Assembly (NCBI GenBank): GCA_963702205.1
Contig: OY969724.1
Location: 3,264,001-3,328,000, forward strand
Direction: 5' to 3'
Length of the DNA stretch: 64,000 bases
Source: an uncultured candidate division Zixibacteria bacterium
Lineage (GTDB): Bacteria; Zixibacteria; MSB-5A5; GN15; PGXB01
Part shown: piece by piece, positions 11,268 to 19,753 of the stretch
Layout: each line of letters opens with the position of its first letter
Numbering within the stretch: position 1 is the first letter of the stretch
Notes under the pieces: model-generated
Told to the model about the DNA's origin: nothing
Seen by the model: the letters and a program-made list of their open reading frames with translations, nothing else
Database searches by the model: none
Position numbers and translations under genes: made by a program

Positions 11268-12572
11268 ATGAGGCGGGCCATAGTGCGTGGATTGGTGCTG
11301 GCCACTCTGCTGGCCGGTTTAGCAGGTGCTGTCGGCATGATGGTGGATCTCTCGGGATGGTGGACAGTTATCGGGGACAATGGGCATTTTGTGAAAATAA
11401 CGCAACAGGGTTCAAACGTTATGATCCGGGATGGCGATGGAACATTTCTCAATAACGGCGTCTTTGCCAATGACACCATGTTACTATACATGACCAATCC
11501 CATCCCTGATACCCTCGTCTGGCTATATGCCAATGATACCCTTTATGGCCATAGCGAGGAAGGCGAGCCAATGACGCTGGTTAGATATGAAGTTGATCTC
11601 AGCGGTTTATGGAAGATCCTCGAATACGACAACTTCCTTATAATGCACCAGCTGGGTTTTGACATCGATGTCTGGGAAGTCGATTTAACCGGCTGGGCAA
11701 TTGACAGCAGCTATTTTTTCGATGGCATCTTTGCCAACGATACGCTGCAGCTTTTTCTGCAGCCTCCGGACGTCATGATTCTCGTCTACGCCGCCGATAC
11801 TCTTCGCGGTGTCGATCCGGACGGCGTCCCAATTACTCTGGTGCGCGCTCCGGACGGTCCGTGGTCGCATGTCAGGTGCGGGACAATTACGGTCGACGGT
11901 GTTGTCGAAGATTGGCCTGAGGCGTTTCTCGTGGCCGACGATCCTGATAACGATGGTACCGGAAACCTGTCTGCTGAATTGGATAGACTCTATCTCTGTC
12001 GGGATGCCATGTACTTGTATTTCCGACTCGATTGTGTCGGCGACGCCGCCTTCCCGCATTCCGGCGATTCCGGCGACCGCTATCTTATTTTTCTCGGTCG
12101 AAATATACATCAGCAGTCCGAATACGAAATCCGCATCTGGGATGCCTATGCCATCATTTTCCGCAACGGTAACACCGGCCAGGAGACCACTCTGGATGCT
12201 CCCGGTGTAATGGGACACACCATTGAGGGGCGAATTCCCTATTACCTGCTTGAAGGTATCGAAAATGCCGATATCACGGCCCAGTCAGCTTATTATGACT
12301 GGGAGTCCGGCTGGTTAGCCTATGATAAGATCGAAACTTTGGCTAAAGAGAGCCCGTGTGTCTGCGGTGACGCCAGCGGCGATGGAGTTGTCAATCTGCT
12401 GGATATATTATACCTGATTGCCTATAAGTACAATACTCCATCCGGTCCGGCTCCCGAACCGATGGAAGCGGGCGACGCCAACGGTGATGGTAGTATCAAT
12501 CTGATAGATATTTTGTACCTGATTGCATATAAGTACAATTCCCCTCCGGGACCGGAGCCGATTTGCCCTTAG
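11268..12572 (+). CDS. Secreted protein with a tandem ~80-aa repeat, a DOMON/CBM9-like domain and a C-terminal dockerin-like domain
   Basis: AAGGAG RBS and signal peptide. Two VDLSG.W...FANDT...YA.DTL.G...G.P.TLVR repeats. ITVDG...DW...DDP..D segment. Twin GDA.GDG..NL.DILYLIAYKY repeats. Confidence 0.8.
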   Translation: MRRAIVRGLVLATLLAGLAGAVGMMVDLSGWWTVIGDNGHFVKITQQGSNVMIRDGDGTFLNNGVFANDTMLLYMTNPIPDTLVWLYANDTLYGHSEEGEPMTLVRYEVDLSGLWKILEYDNFLIMHQLGFDIDVWEVDLTGWAIDSSYFFDGIFANDTLQLFLQPPDVMILVYAADTLRGVDPDGVPITLVRAPDGPWSHVRCGTITVDGVVEDWPEAFLVADDPDNDGTGNLSAELDRLYLCRDAMYLYFRLDCVGDAAFPHSGDSGDRYLIFLGRNIHQQSEYEIRIWDAYAIIFRNGNTGQETTLDAPGVMGHTIEGRIPYYLLEGIENADITAQSAYYDWESGWLAYDKIETLAKESPCVCGDASGDGVVNLLDILYLIAYKYNTPSGPAPEPMEAGDANGDGSINLIDILYLIAYKYNSPPGPEPICP

Positions 12573-12587
12573 TACATACGAATAAAC

Positions 12588-12628
12588 AAAGGGCGGAGTT
12601 TTAATCAAACTCCGCCCTTTCTATTTTT
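12588..12628. terminator. Intrinsic terminator (likely bidirectional)
   Basis: AAAGGGCGGAGTTT-taatc-AAACTCCGCCCTTT hairpin followed by a T-rich tract. Confidence 0.8.
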
Positions 12629-12650
12629 TAGCGGTGCAGGGACTTGAACC
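12629..12650. repeat. Middle att-like copy of the tRNA-Met 3' end
   Basis: 22/22 identical to 23159-23180 (TAGCGGTGCAGGGACTTGAACC). Confidence 0.92.
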
Positions 12651-12943
12651 TTTATTACATTTTTCAATCCCGATTGAGATTGATATCCTATTGCCTTTGA
12701 TGAATATTAGGAAACGTCCCAATAAATGAAGTTCTTTTGGATTTGTATAAACCTTCTGTTCTGTAATAATTGAATAATCCAAAAAGTGTCCGGCTTGCTG
12801 ATAAAAAATCTTATAGCCTTTGGCGGAGCATGTGTAAAGTCGAAGACGCAGGGGGCATCGACCTCACAACTCACATTGTGACACAAGGATTTACACCCCA
12901 TTGGGCCAAAATGTGACCGTTTTCAGACGGCATCGGATACTCC

Positions 12944-13075
12944 TCAGGGAGTACTTTTCGGCTGTCCGTCTTGCTTGGCTTGTTTCTCTTGCTTTTCTTG
13001 CTCTTTCAAAACGTCTTTGCTTTTCTTCTGCTTCTTGCTTTTATGCTTGTCCTTTTTTCCGCCTTTGTCACCCAT
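12944..13075 (-). CDS. Small Lys/Gln-rich hydrophilic protein (43 aa)
   Basis: Manual translation MGDKGGKKDKHKSKKQKKSKDVLKEQEKQEKQAKQDGQPKSTP with a GAAAGGA RBS. Below the ORF-track cutoff. Confidence 0.7.
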   Translation of the reverse strand: MGDKGGKKDKHKSKKQKKSKDVLKEQEKQEKQAKQDGQPKSTP

Positions 13076-13223
13076 AGCAGGTTTCCTTTCTACAAATATG
13101 CCATTTCGCGATCATCGCGATTTCGATATAACAAAATCCAACTATTCTTTCAACGAACCGTCTAGTATGCCGGATGTCTCGCAGGGAACAACTTATCAAG
13201 TCCTTACACTCAGTCGGCTAATC

Positions 13224-14114
13224 TTACTTTGTATCCAAGATTATCGGCAAACCGTCTTTCCCCGCACCGATAACAATTACTTTGGCGTTCGGTGAAGTTG
13301 CAAGCTTTTCTGTCGCCTCAATTCCTTTCCAGCGCAGCAATTGTTCGCTAATACCTGCGGCGACAATTGTCTGGAAATCAGCAATGCCTTTCGCCTCAAT
13401 TCTTTTACGGTCAGCTTCCTGTTTTTCTTTTGTCAGAATGAATTCCATTCTCTGGCTCTCCTGGTCCGCTTTCTGCTTTTGTTCAATCGCTTCAGTAAGC
13501 TGAACCGGCAGCGCGACATTACGGAGCGGGGTAGTTTCAATAATTACTCCGCGAGGCGCGACTGTTCTGGCAAGTTCTTCTTGGATCGTCATACCAAGCT
13601 GGTCCCGTTCAGTTGAATAAAGGGCACTAGCCTGAAAGCTTGCGGTGACAGCGCGACTGATAGAACGAAATTGCGGGATGAGAATAATAGTTTCGTAGTC
13701 GCCACCGGCCACGGTCTTATAAACGCGAGCGGCAGAGTCGGGGTCGAGCCTGTAAAGTGCGCTGATTTCCAATCCGATGGTGAGCCCTTCGCGCGAGAGG
13801 ACTTCCATTGTTTCCTTATGCTCTTTGGTCTGAATTGAGAATTTCACGACGCGCGCCAGTGGATTCACCAAATTTATCCCAGACGGAAGAGTCCTCGGCG
13901 ACACAACGCCAAAGAAATCAATCACGCCAACATGTCCTGCCGGAACCTGCGTGAAACACTGGGTCAGGGCAAGAATTCCGAACACCACTGCAGCGACAAG
14001 GCTCGCGGTGCCAACAGATTGGAATGCAGCGTTTTTTTGCTTAACCTTCCGCATGGCGCCAAGCCAAACAAAGAAAGCAATTATGCTAATGAGTACTGCA
14101 AATATAAATATCAT
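13224..14114 (-). CDS. SPFH/band 7 prohibitin-family membrane protein
   Basis: N-terminal TMs, VPAGHVGV, and the coiled-coil AIEQKQ...EADRKRIEAKGIA. Confidence 0.92.
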   Translation of the reverse strand: MIFIFAVLISIIAFFVWLGAMRKVKQKNAAFQSVGTASLVAAVVFGILALTQCFTQVPAGHVGVIDFFGVVSPRTLPSGINLVNPLARVVKFSIQTKEHKETMEVLSREGLTIGLEISALYRLDPDSAARVYKTVAGGDYETIILIPQFRSISRAVTASFQASALYSTERDQLGMTIQEELARTVAPRGVIIETTPLRNVALPVQLTEAIEQKQKADQESQRMEFILTKEKQEADRKRIEAKGIADFQTIVAAGISEQLLRWKGIEATEKLATSPNAKVIVIGAGKDGLPIILDTK

Positions 14115-14219
14115 AAGTTATTTCCTCCAGTATCTTGTTAGAGCCTTTTATCGCTTGATTGAGCCTTAACTTTTCGAGTCATTGCTCTACTTGCAGGGTC
14201 TTTATGACGAAGGAAAGAA

Positions 14220-14420
14220 TCACTTAATCGAAGACACAAAAGTATTGCGGCCTTCAGTGCGGTACTCTAACTTTCCCTCGCGCGCCAACCAGCCAAGCGC
14301 CTGGTAAACCACGGAGTCACTCTTTTTCAGCATTTTCGGCAATTTCGAAATTGCCACTTCGCCGTTTTTCTGCAGAATTCGCCAAATTTCCCCGGCCGAT
14401 GTTCCGATTTTTTCTTTCAT
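14220..14420 (-). CDS. Small winged-helix protein (DUF2582-like)
   Basis: IGTSAGEIWRIL...ALGWLAREGKL signature. Confidence 0.85.
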   Translation of the reverse strand: MKEKIGTSAGEIWRILQKNGEVAISKLPKMLKKSDSVVYQALGWLAREGKLEYRTEGRNTFVSSIK

Positions 14421-14515
14421 CTTATCCTTCTAAAAGCATTAGGCACAACTTGAGTGTTAGACCACGGAGATGATATCATGTCAAGGCCATAAGGCAAGCA
14501 TCACAAGGACGCGTG

Positions 14516-15436
14516 CTACGGTTCGTCGTTGGCATTCAAGTTGGCACCGTTTTTTACAACTCGTTCCTTTCGCCCCCGGTCACTCCAGTGCACATTGTTA
14601 AGTTGATACATTGCCAAATGATGCGGGACGTTCCGTAGAACGTCTTTTGAAAAATCACTTGACGCAATATTCTGAGATAAGCACGCTTGGGCTACTTTCT
14701 CCTGGCAGCCGCCAATGGTTTGCTGATAATGATAGAACGCATCCAGGATTCCTGGGATGCAGGTTGCTCCAGCGTCGAAGAATGTTTGTGCTGTACTTAC
14801 TATTATGGAAGTGCTCCAGAGACCGCCGGCCTTTTGGATACTACTGATTTCCCTTACACGTGGCTTTTCAAGGTAACTTGTCACAGAGCTCAATTGATTC
14901 CCTCCATAGCTGGCAATTTTGGCCCGGGGTAAAACGTAACCATAATCCGATTCCTCTTTGTCCGGTGTCGTTGCAATCAGCATCAGTTTATCAGGAATCA
15001 GTGCACTCAAATTGATCGCACGTCGAATTGATGTGACAAAAGTGGCTTCCGGCTCAACAAAGTGATCGGAGGGGAATATCACCACGTGGGCCCTGGGATC
15101 GCGCGACATAATGTGGCTTAGAGCATAGTATATGGTACCGGTAGTTCCCCGATTGGCAGGTTGTACCAACAAGTCAACACGCCGTTTTTCAATCTGTATT
15201 TTCGATATCTGTTCAAAATCACGGGTTGTTATTGCTACTATTTCGCCATCTGGTGCGATTTGTCGAGCCCGATCCAGAGTCAATTGGAACATCGATCGAT
15301 TGCGACGTAGAAGGTCTAATTGCGTGGAATCCAGGACGCCGAATACAGTTTGAATCCAAGCATGCATCCGGGCACCTTCTCCGCCTGCCAAAACTATTGA
15401 CCAGAGGCGTCCCAGATTTTCAGCGTAATCAGTCAT
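14516..15436 (-). CDS. Mannose-1-phosphate guanylyltransferase-like nucleotidyltransferase (divergent)
   Basis: IVLAGGEG, QPANRGT, FPSDHF, YGY, YLEKP and WSD.G motifs. The PKQ motif is absent. Start at ATG 15436 assumed. Confidence 0.75.
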   Translation of the reverse strand: MTDYAENLGRLWSIVLAGGEGARMHAWIQTVFGVLDSTQLDLLRRNRSMFQLTLDRARQIAPDGEIVAITTRDFEQISKIQIEKRRVDLLVQPANRGTTGTIYYALSHIMSRDPRAHVVIFPSDHFVEPEATFVTSIRRAINLSALIPDKLMLIATTPDKEESDYGYVLPRAKIASYGGNQLSSVTSYLEKPRVREISSIQKAGGLWSTSIIVSTAQTFFDAGATCIPGILDAFYHYQQTIGGCQEKVAQACLSQNIASSDFSKDVLRNVPHHLAMYQLNNVHWSDRGRKERVVKNGANLNANDEP

Positions 15437-15639
15437 GGATATTTGGCTCTCCGTTTTAACGTTCGGCTGAATTGCCGGTGTCTTCTTCCAAACTGTTGGG
15501 AGTGCGGCCGAACCAATTTCGCAGGAAGATAACATATTCCTATCCTCACCATCTGCCGCACATTATCAATACGCGCACAAAATCGAGTCGGCTTGAAAGG
15601 CGTTCCATTTCCCTTCAAGCCTTTCGATCCAACGATCCT

Positions 15640-15885
15640 TTACTTCCTGGCAGGATCCGGCTTCCTATAATCTTCATAGGCCTTGCCGAGTTTCGCGTCA
15701 TGGTGCGTTAGTTTCTCGATAACCAGTTTCCGCACTTCCGAGGTTTTCATACCTTCTCTGTGATTGACGCCATCGGAGATGCTTCGCGCCGTTTTTTCGT
15801 CGGCCCCGGCACTCCTGATTGATTTCTCAATCTTCTTGCTCGCGAACTCTTCCTGTTTCTCTGAACGTTTCTTGATGTTCATCAT
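15640..15885 (-). CDS. Stand-alone ATP-cone domain protein
   Basis: IKKRS...EEF...KIEKSIRSAG...TSEVRKLV...L...Y pattern, with an AAGGAG RBS. Confidence 0.8.
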   Translation of the reverse strand: MMNIKKRSEKQEEFASKKIEKSIRSAGADEKTARSISDGVNHREGMKTSEVRKLVIEKLTHHDAKLGKAYEDYRKPDPARK

Positions 15886-16310
15886 GATACATTCTCCTTA
15901 TTTAGAGTTATAATGTGATTCCGATTCTATTATTGGCTCAAGACCATAGACGAATTACTTTTGTGTCGTTCTCCGTGCAATTTGATGGCGAGCCATTCAT
16001 TGGGTACGACATCACTTCCCGTTGTTGTCGTATAGATCGGTTTCCACATTTGCAAGTAAGCTCTTTAAGTTACAAAGGTCAATCGGCCGAAGGAGTGGTT
16101 TTGGATCTAGTCCTTGTGATTGATAGAGTATGATTGCGAAAATTCCAGAGTAAATAGTGCTAAGAAAATTAAGAACCAAGTTCTTTAGCTGCCCTTCCCG
16201 GGCGGTAGTGCATATTCGGCAAGCCATTCGACATTTTCTTGTTGACAGCAATTGGCGGCCATTTTATACTTTAATCAGGTTATTCAATAATCTATTATGG
16301 AGAATTTTTA

Positions 16311-17000
16311 GTGCCGAAGATAAGCGTGCTCTTGATTGAAGACAATCGCCTTCTGCGTGAGGGAATTACTAAAATGCTGAATGAGGAGGCGGACATCAAA
16401 GTGGTCTCATCTTCAGGCAATGGCGATACCATTGAGAAGGCCAGAAAGCTGGTCCCGGATGTTGTACTGCTGGATTTGGGTCTTAAGAATCAAAACAGCT
16501 TGAAAGTTGTCGGATTAATAAGAAAGCAATTTCCCGAAACCCATGTTGTTGTCATGGATTTGGTCCCGGCACATGCAGAAATTGTCGAATTTATTAAGGC
16601 GGGAGTTGCAGGTTTTATCCTTAAAGACGCGACTCTTAACGATTTTTTGCATACAATAAGATCGGTAGTAAAAGGGGCAAAGATCCTTCCCCCGCCGATG
16701 ACCGGTTCGCTCTTTTCTCAGATCGTGGAGCACGCTCTCCAAAGCGGCAAACTTGGGGAATTGATGTCATCCGTCAAGATAACCAGCCGAGAACGTGATG
16801 TGATAGGTCATATAGCCGCTGGAAAAAGCAATAAGGAGATCGCCCGGGAACTCAATATTGCCGTCCATACAGTCAAGAGCCACGTGCACAACATATTGGA
16901 ACGGCTGGCTATCCACACCCGTCTGGAGTTGGCGACATTTGCCCATTCACAGGAAATGAAAGCCAAAAATACTTCGGGATCTTCCGGAGATCAGGATTAG
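16311..17000 (+). CDS. NarL/LuxR-family response regulator
   Basis: REC domain (LIEDN, VVLLD, FILKD) plus LuxR HTH (TSRERDV...GKSNKEIA.EL.I...TVKSHVHNI). GTG start. Confidence 0.92.
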   Translation: MPKISVLLIEDNRLLREGITKMLNEEADIKVVSSSGNGDTIEKARKLVPDVVLLDLGLKNQNSLKVVGLIRKQFPETHVVVMDLVPAHAEIVEFIKAGVAGFILKDATLNDFLHTIRSVVKGAKILPPPMTGSLFSQIVEHALQSGKLGELMSSVKITSRERDVIGHIAAGKSNKEIARELNIAVHTVKSHVHNILERLAIHTRLELATFAHSQEMKAKNTSGSSGDQD

Positions 17001-17171
17001 CATATCTGTCAAAAGGATTAATTCCCTTTTCATTCTTTTGGGCGATTGACCCTCGTTAATATTTACCGTATTCTTATATGGGAATACATTATATGGTTCC
17101 CTGGTTTCTTCATGCGAATCTTATCAGCCATGAAAAGACTGCATAATAATTGATAAAGGAAGTGATCAATT

Positions 17172-17825
17172 ATGGCAAAGATAAAAGTTTTACTAATCGA
17201 AGACAATCGTCTTTTACGTAACGGTACAACAGCAATCCTCAACGAACAGAAGGACATCACGGCGGTATCGTCCTCGGGAAATAGAAGTGCCCTTGAAAAG
17301 GCCAAGAAGTTAAAACCGGACGTGGTTCTGCTTGACCTGGGGCTCAAGAGTCTCAGCAGTCTGAAAGTGCTTGAATTAATAAAGAAACAACACCCACATA
17401 CGGAGGTCGTCGTCTTGGACCTGATTCCGGCGCATTCCGAGGTGATTGAATTAGTCAAAGCAGGAGTGTCCGGTTATATTTCTAAAGATTCGACTCTTGA
17501 TGATTTTCTGCACACCATCCGATCAGTTGTCAAGGGAGTAAAGATACTGCCTCCGACCATGGCCGATTCGCTTTTTTCGCAGATTGTAGAAGGGGCTATT
17601 CAGGCGGGAACAGTGGATAGAGTGATTGACGCAATCAAATTGACAGAGCGGGAGCGAGAAGTAATTATTCTTTTGGGAGAGGGAAAAAGCATTACGGAAA
17701 TCTCTCTTAAACTCAAAGTTGCTATCTTCACAATCAAGAACCATATTCGCAATATATTTGATAAGCTGGCTCTTCACACCCGCCTGGAATTGGCTTCTTT
17801 TGCCCATAAAAGTGATTTGCCCTGA
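17172..17825 (+). CDS. NarL/LuxR-family response regulator (paralog of 16311-17000)
   Basis: Same architecture; alignable to the upstream gene over its full length. Confidence 0.92.
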   Translation: MAKIKVLLIEDNRLLRNGTTAILNEQKDITAVSSSGNRSALEKAKKLKPDVVLLDLGLKSLSSLKVLELIKKQHPHTEVVVLDLIPAHSEVIELVKAGVSGYISKDSTLDDFLHTIRSVVKGVKILPPTMADSLFSQIVEGAIQAGTVDRVIDAIKLTEREREVIILLGEGKSITEISLKLKVAIFTIKNHIRNIFDKLALHTRLELASFAHKSDLP

Positions 17826-17972
17826 AATATTTCGACGCGACCTCGAATCTCGTGTCTAACGCCTCAACCGAATTGATTAATCATCTTTTCAATCGTCCGG
17901 CCGATTGACCATCTGAACAAATCAATTATTTTTAATATGTACCTGTAATAACAATTTATCTGGAGGATAAAT

Positions 17973-18404
17973 ATGAAGATACATACGCTTTTATTGGTGG
18001 TTGGAATTGCTGTAATTGCCTCATTCATTGCGCTCAACTTGAACGCGATTATGACGCCGACGACTATTACATTCGGCGTTGCCGCCATTCAGGCGCCGCT
18101 CGGGTTTTTTATACTTGGGCTAATGCTCCTTTTCGGAGCTTTGTTTATTGTCCTTATAATCTATTTAAAGAAATCGGGATTCTTCAAGGAACCCCATCGC
18201 GTGAGGGAGTCGCATGCCAGACAGGAGCCCGAAAACAACAATGAATCCTCACATTTCACCAAAATGCGAGAACTTCTGGAAGTAGAGCTTAAAAAACAGG
18301 CGAACCTTCACTCGGAGTCAACGGCGATGTTGCTGTCAAGGCTGGATCAGCTTGATGGTGCTCTCTTTTTCGCGACAAATGGGTTGGACAGAAGAATAAT
18401 GTAG
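17973..18404 (+). CDS. LapA-like (DUF1049-type) membrane protein with coiled coil
   Basis: Two TMs with ALN...P....FG....APLG and a GGAGG RBS. Confidence 0.65.
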   Translation: MKIHTLLLVVGIAVIASFIALNLNAIMTPTTITFGVAAIQAPLGFFILGLMLLFGALFIVLIIYLKKSGFFKEPHRVRESHARQEPENNNESSHFTKMRELLEVELKKQANLHSESTAMLLSRLDQLDGALFFATNGLDRRIM

Positions 18405-18550
18405 AAACAGAGATTACTTGATGAATGAAGATTTGAAGAGCCTGCCGAACCTCAACTTATTCCCGCGATATTCTTCTACCTCCATTCTCAACATGGTTTC
18501 GCAGTCAGAACCGTTTGTCGAATTTTCTGAAAAGAAAGGAAAATTGCTAT

Positions 18551-18793
18551 ATGCTTACCATAACTAAACGATCAGGTAAGGAAGAAGAGTTCCATAAAAG
18601 CAAAATTGAAAATTCAATGAGGAACGCTGGAGTCAGTCAGGAAGCAGCTCAAAGAGTGGCGAGTGATATTTGCTACCACGGAGGCATAACCACTTCGGAG
18701 ATCCGCAATCGCGTTATTGGCGGTATCAAAAACCGTGAGCCTCAGGCCGCCAAGCAGTACGAGTCGCATCCGAAAAAAACGCATAGTATATAA
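18551..18793 (+). CDS. Stand-alone ATP-cone domain protein (second copy)
   Basis: MLTITKRSGKEEEFHKSKIENSMRNAG...TTSEIRNRV, with an AAGGA RBS. Confidence 0.8.
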   Translation: MLTITKRSGKEEEFHKSKIENSMRNAGVSQEAAQRVASDICYHGGITTSEIRNRVIGGIKNREPQAAKQYESHPKKTHSI

Positions 18794-19127
18794 ATTGAAG
18801 TTGGTTCGGACCATAAGAAGTTAAGTCATGAGAAAAGCGGAATCAGATCAACAGCAGCAGTTAGATAAAAGCAGCTTCCCTCATTCCAATGACTTAGCCC
18901 ACTTTTCAATCCTCTGGCCGATTGACTCACCGCACTATATCGCCGTAATTGGTATTTGAAGCAGAGGGTATACTTCCCGGAGGTGCCGGGAGTTTTCCTG
19001 GATATCTTTTTTGGGCCTGAGAGTGGCGGGAACTTTGAAATTTCCAAGGTTGGTCCGGGCTGCCCTTCTACTGAATCCTGACAAGACAGATGTCGCGTAG
19101 CAACATGATTATATGGAGTAGTAACCA

Positions 19128-19730
19128 ATGGTGATGAATCGCAGAAATAGGCTGGATTTTAAGGAAAATATTCTGCCTGACCTCGAAATTCTTATACACT
19201 TCTCTTTATCGCTGACAAAAAATGGACGCGATGCAGTTGAGTTGATGCGCGAGTCCATGGCAGAGGCTTTTCTATCATGGCATGAGGCAATGCCGAAAAA
19301 AAATCCTCAAATTTGGTTGCATGAATTCATTACCAGACGGTTCCAGGGCCGCAATCAATGCTATACGCACCCGTCGGCCCAGCCCCCCGGTGAGGATGTT
19401 GATGGAAATGCCGGCAAGAACGATACACTGCATCCTGATACGACGACCGGGGCTCGGCCACACTCAAGACTAACCGGCGAGTCGGATAACGATGTCGATT
19501 TCCTTAAAGCTTTTGCCACCCTTCCTTCATTGTTCCGGTCCGCAATGATTTTATCGTATCTCGATGGCTTTTCAAGAAAACAGATTGCCGGCCTGACCGC
19601 TGTTCGGCCGCCGGTAATTGAATCAGTGCTTATTCGGAGCCGAAGATTCATCCGAGAAGAACTCTTCGCTTATCTGATGGACAATGACGGTCCCCTCACG
19701 GCTGCGGGCCCGGAAATGGGTCCGGGATGA
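19128..19730 (+). CDS. ECF sigma factor-like protein (divergent)
   Basis: Region 2 and region 4 are recognisable (AFATLP...RSAMIL....GFS..QIA), but the DAEDLVQE motif is altered. Confidence 0.65.
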   Translation: MVMNRRNRLDFKENILPDLEILIHFSLSLTKNGRDAVELMRESMAEAFLSWHEAMPKKNPQIWLHEFITRRFQGRNQCYTHPSAQPPGEDVDGNAGKNDTLHPDTTTGARPHSRLTGESDNDVDFLKAFATLPSLFRSAMILSYLDGFSRKQIAGLTAVRPPVIESVLIRSRRFIREELFAYLMDNDGPLTAAGPEMGPG

Positions 19731-19753
19731 AGCGGAATCATGAATGATATGGA

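Larger units (their letters stand above)
9820..12628. mobile_element. Small tRNA-Met-associated island or cassette (2 genes, no integrase)
   Basis: Bounded by tRNA 3'-end direct repeats. The coding sequence is more GC-rich than the EPS cluster on its left. Confidence 0.65.

Noticed and set aside
19028..19060. GGAACTTT ECF-type promoter before the sigma genes
   Set aside because: No clear -10 element at consistent spacing, and it is not repeated before other island genes.
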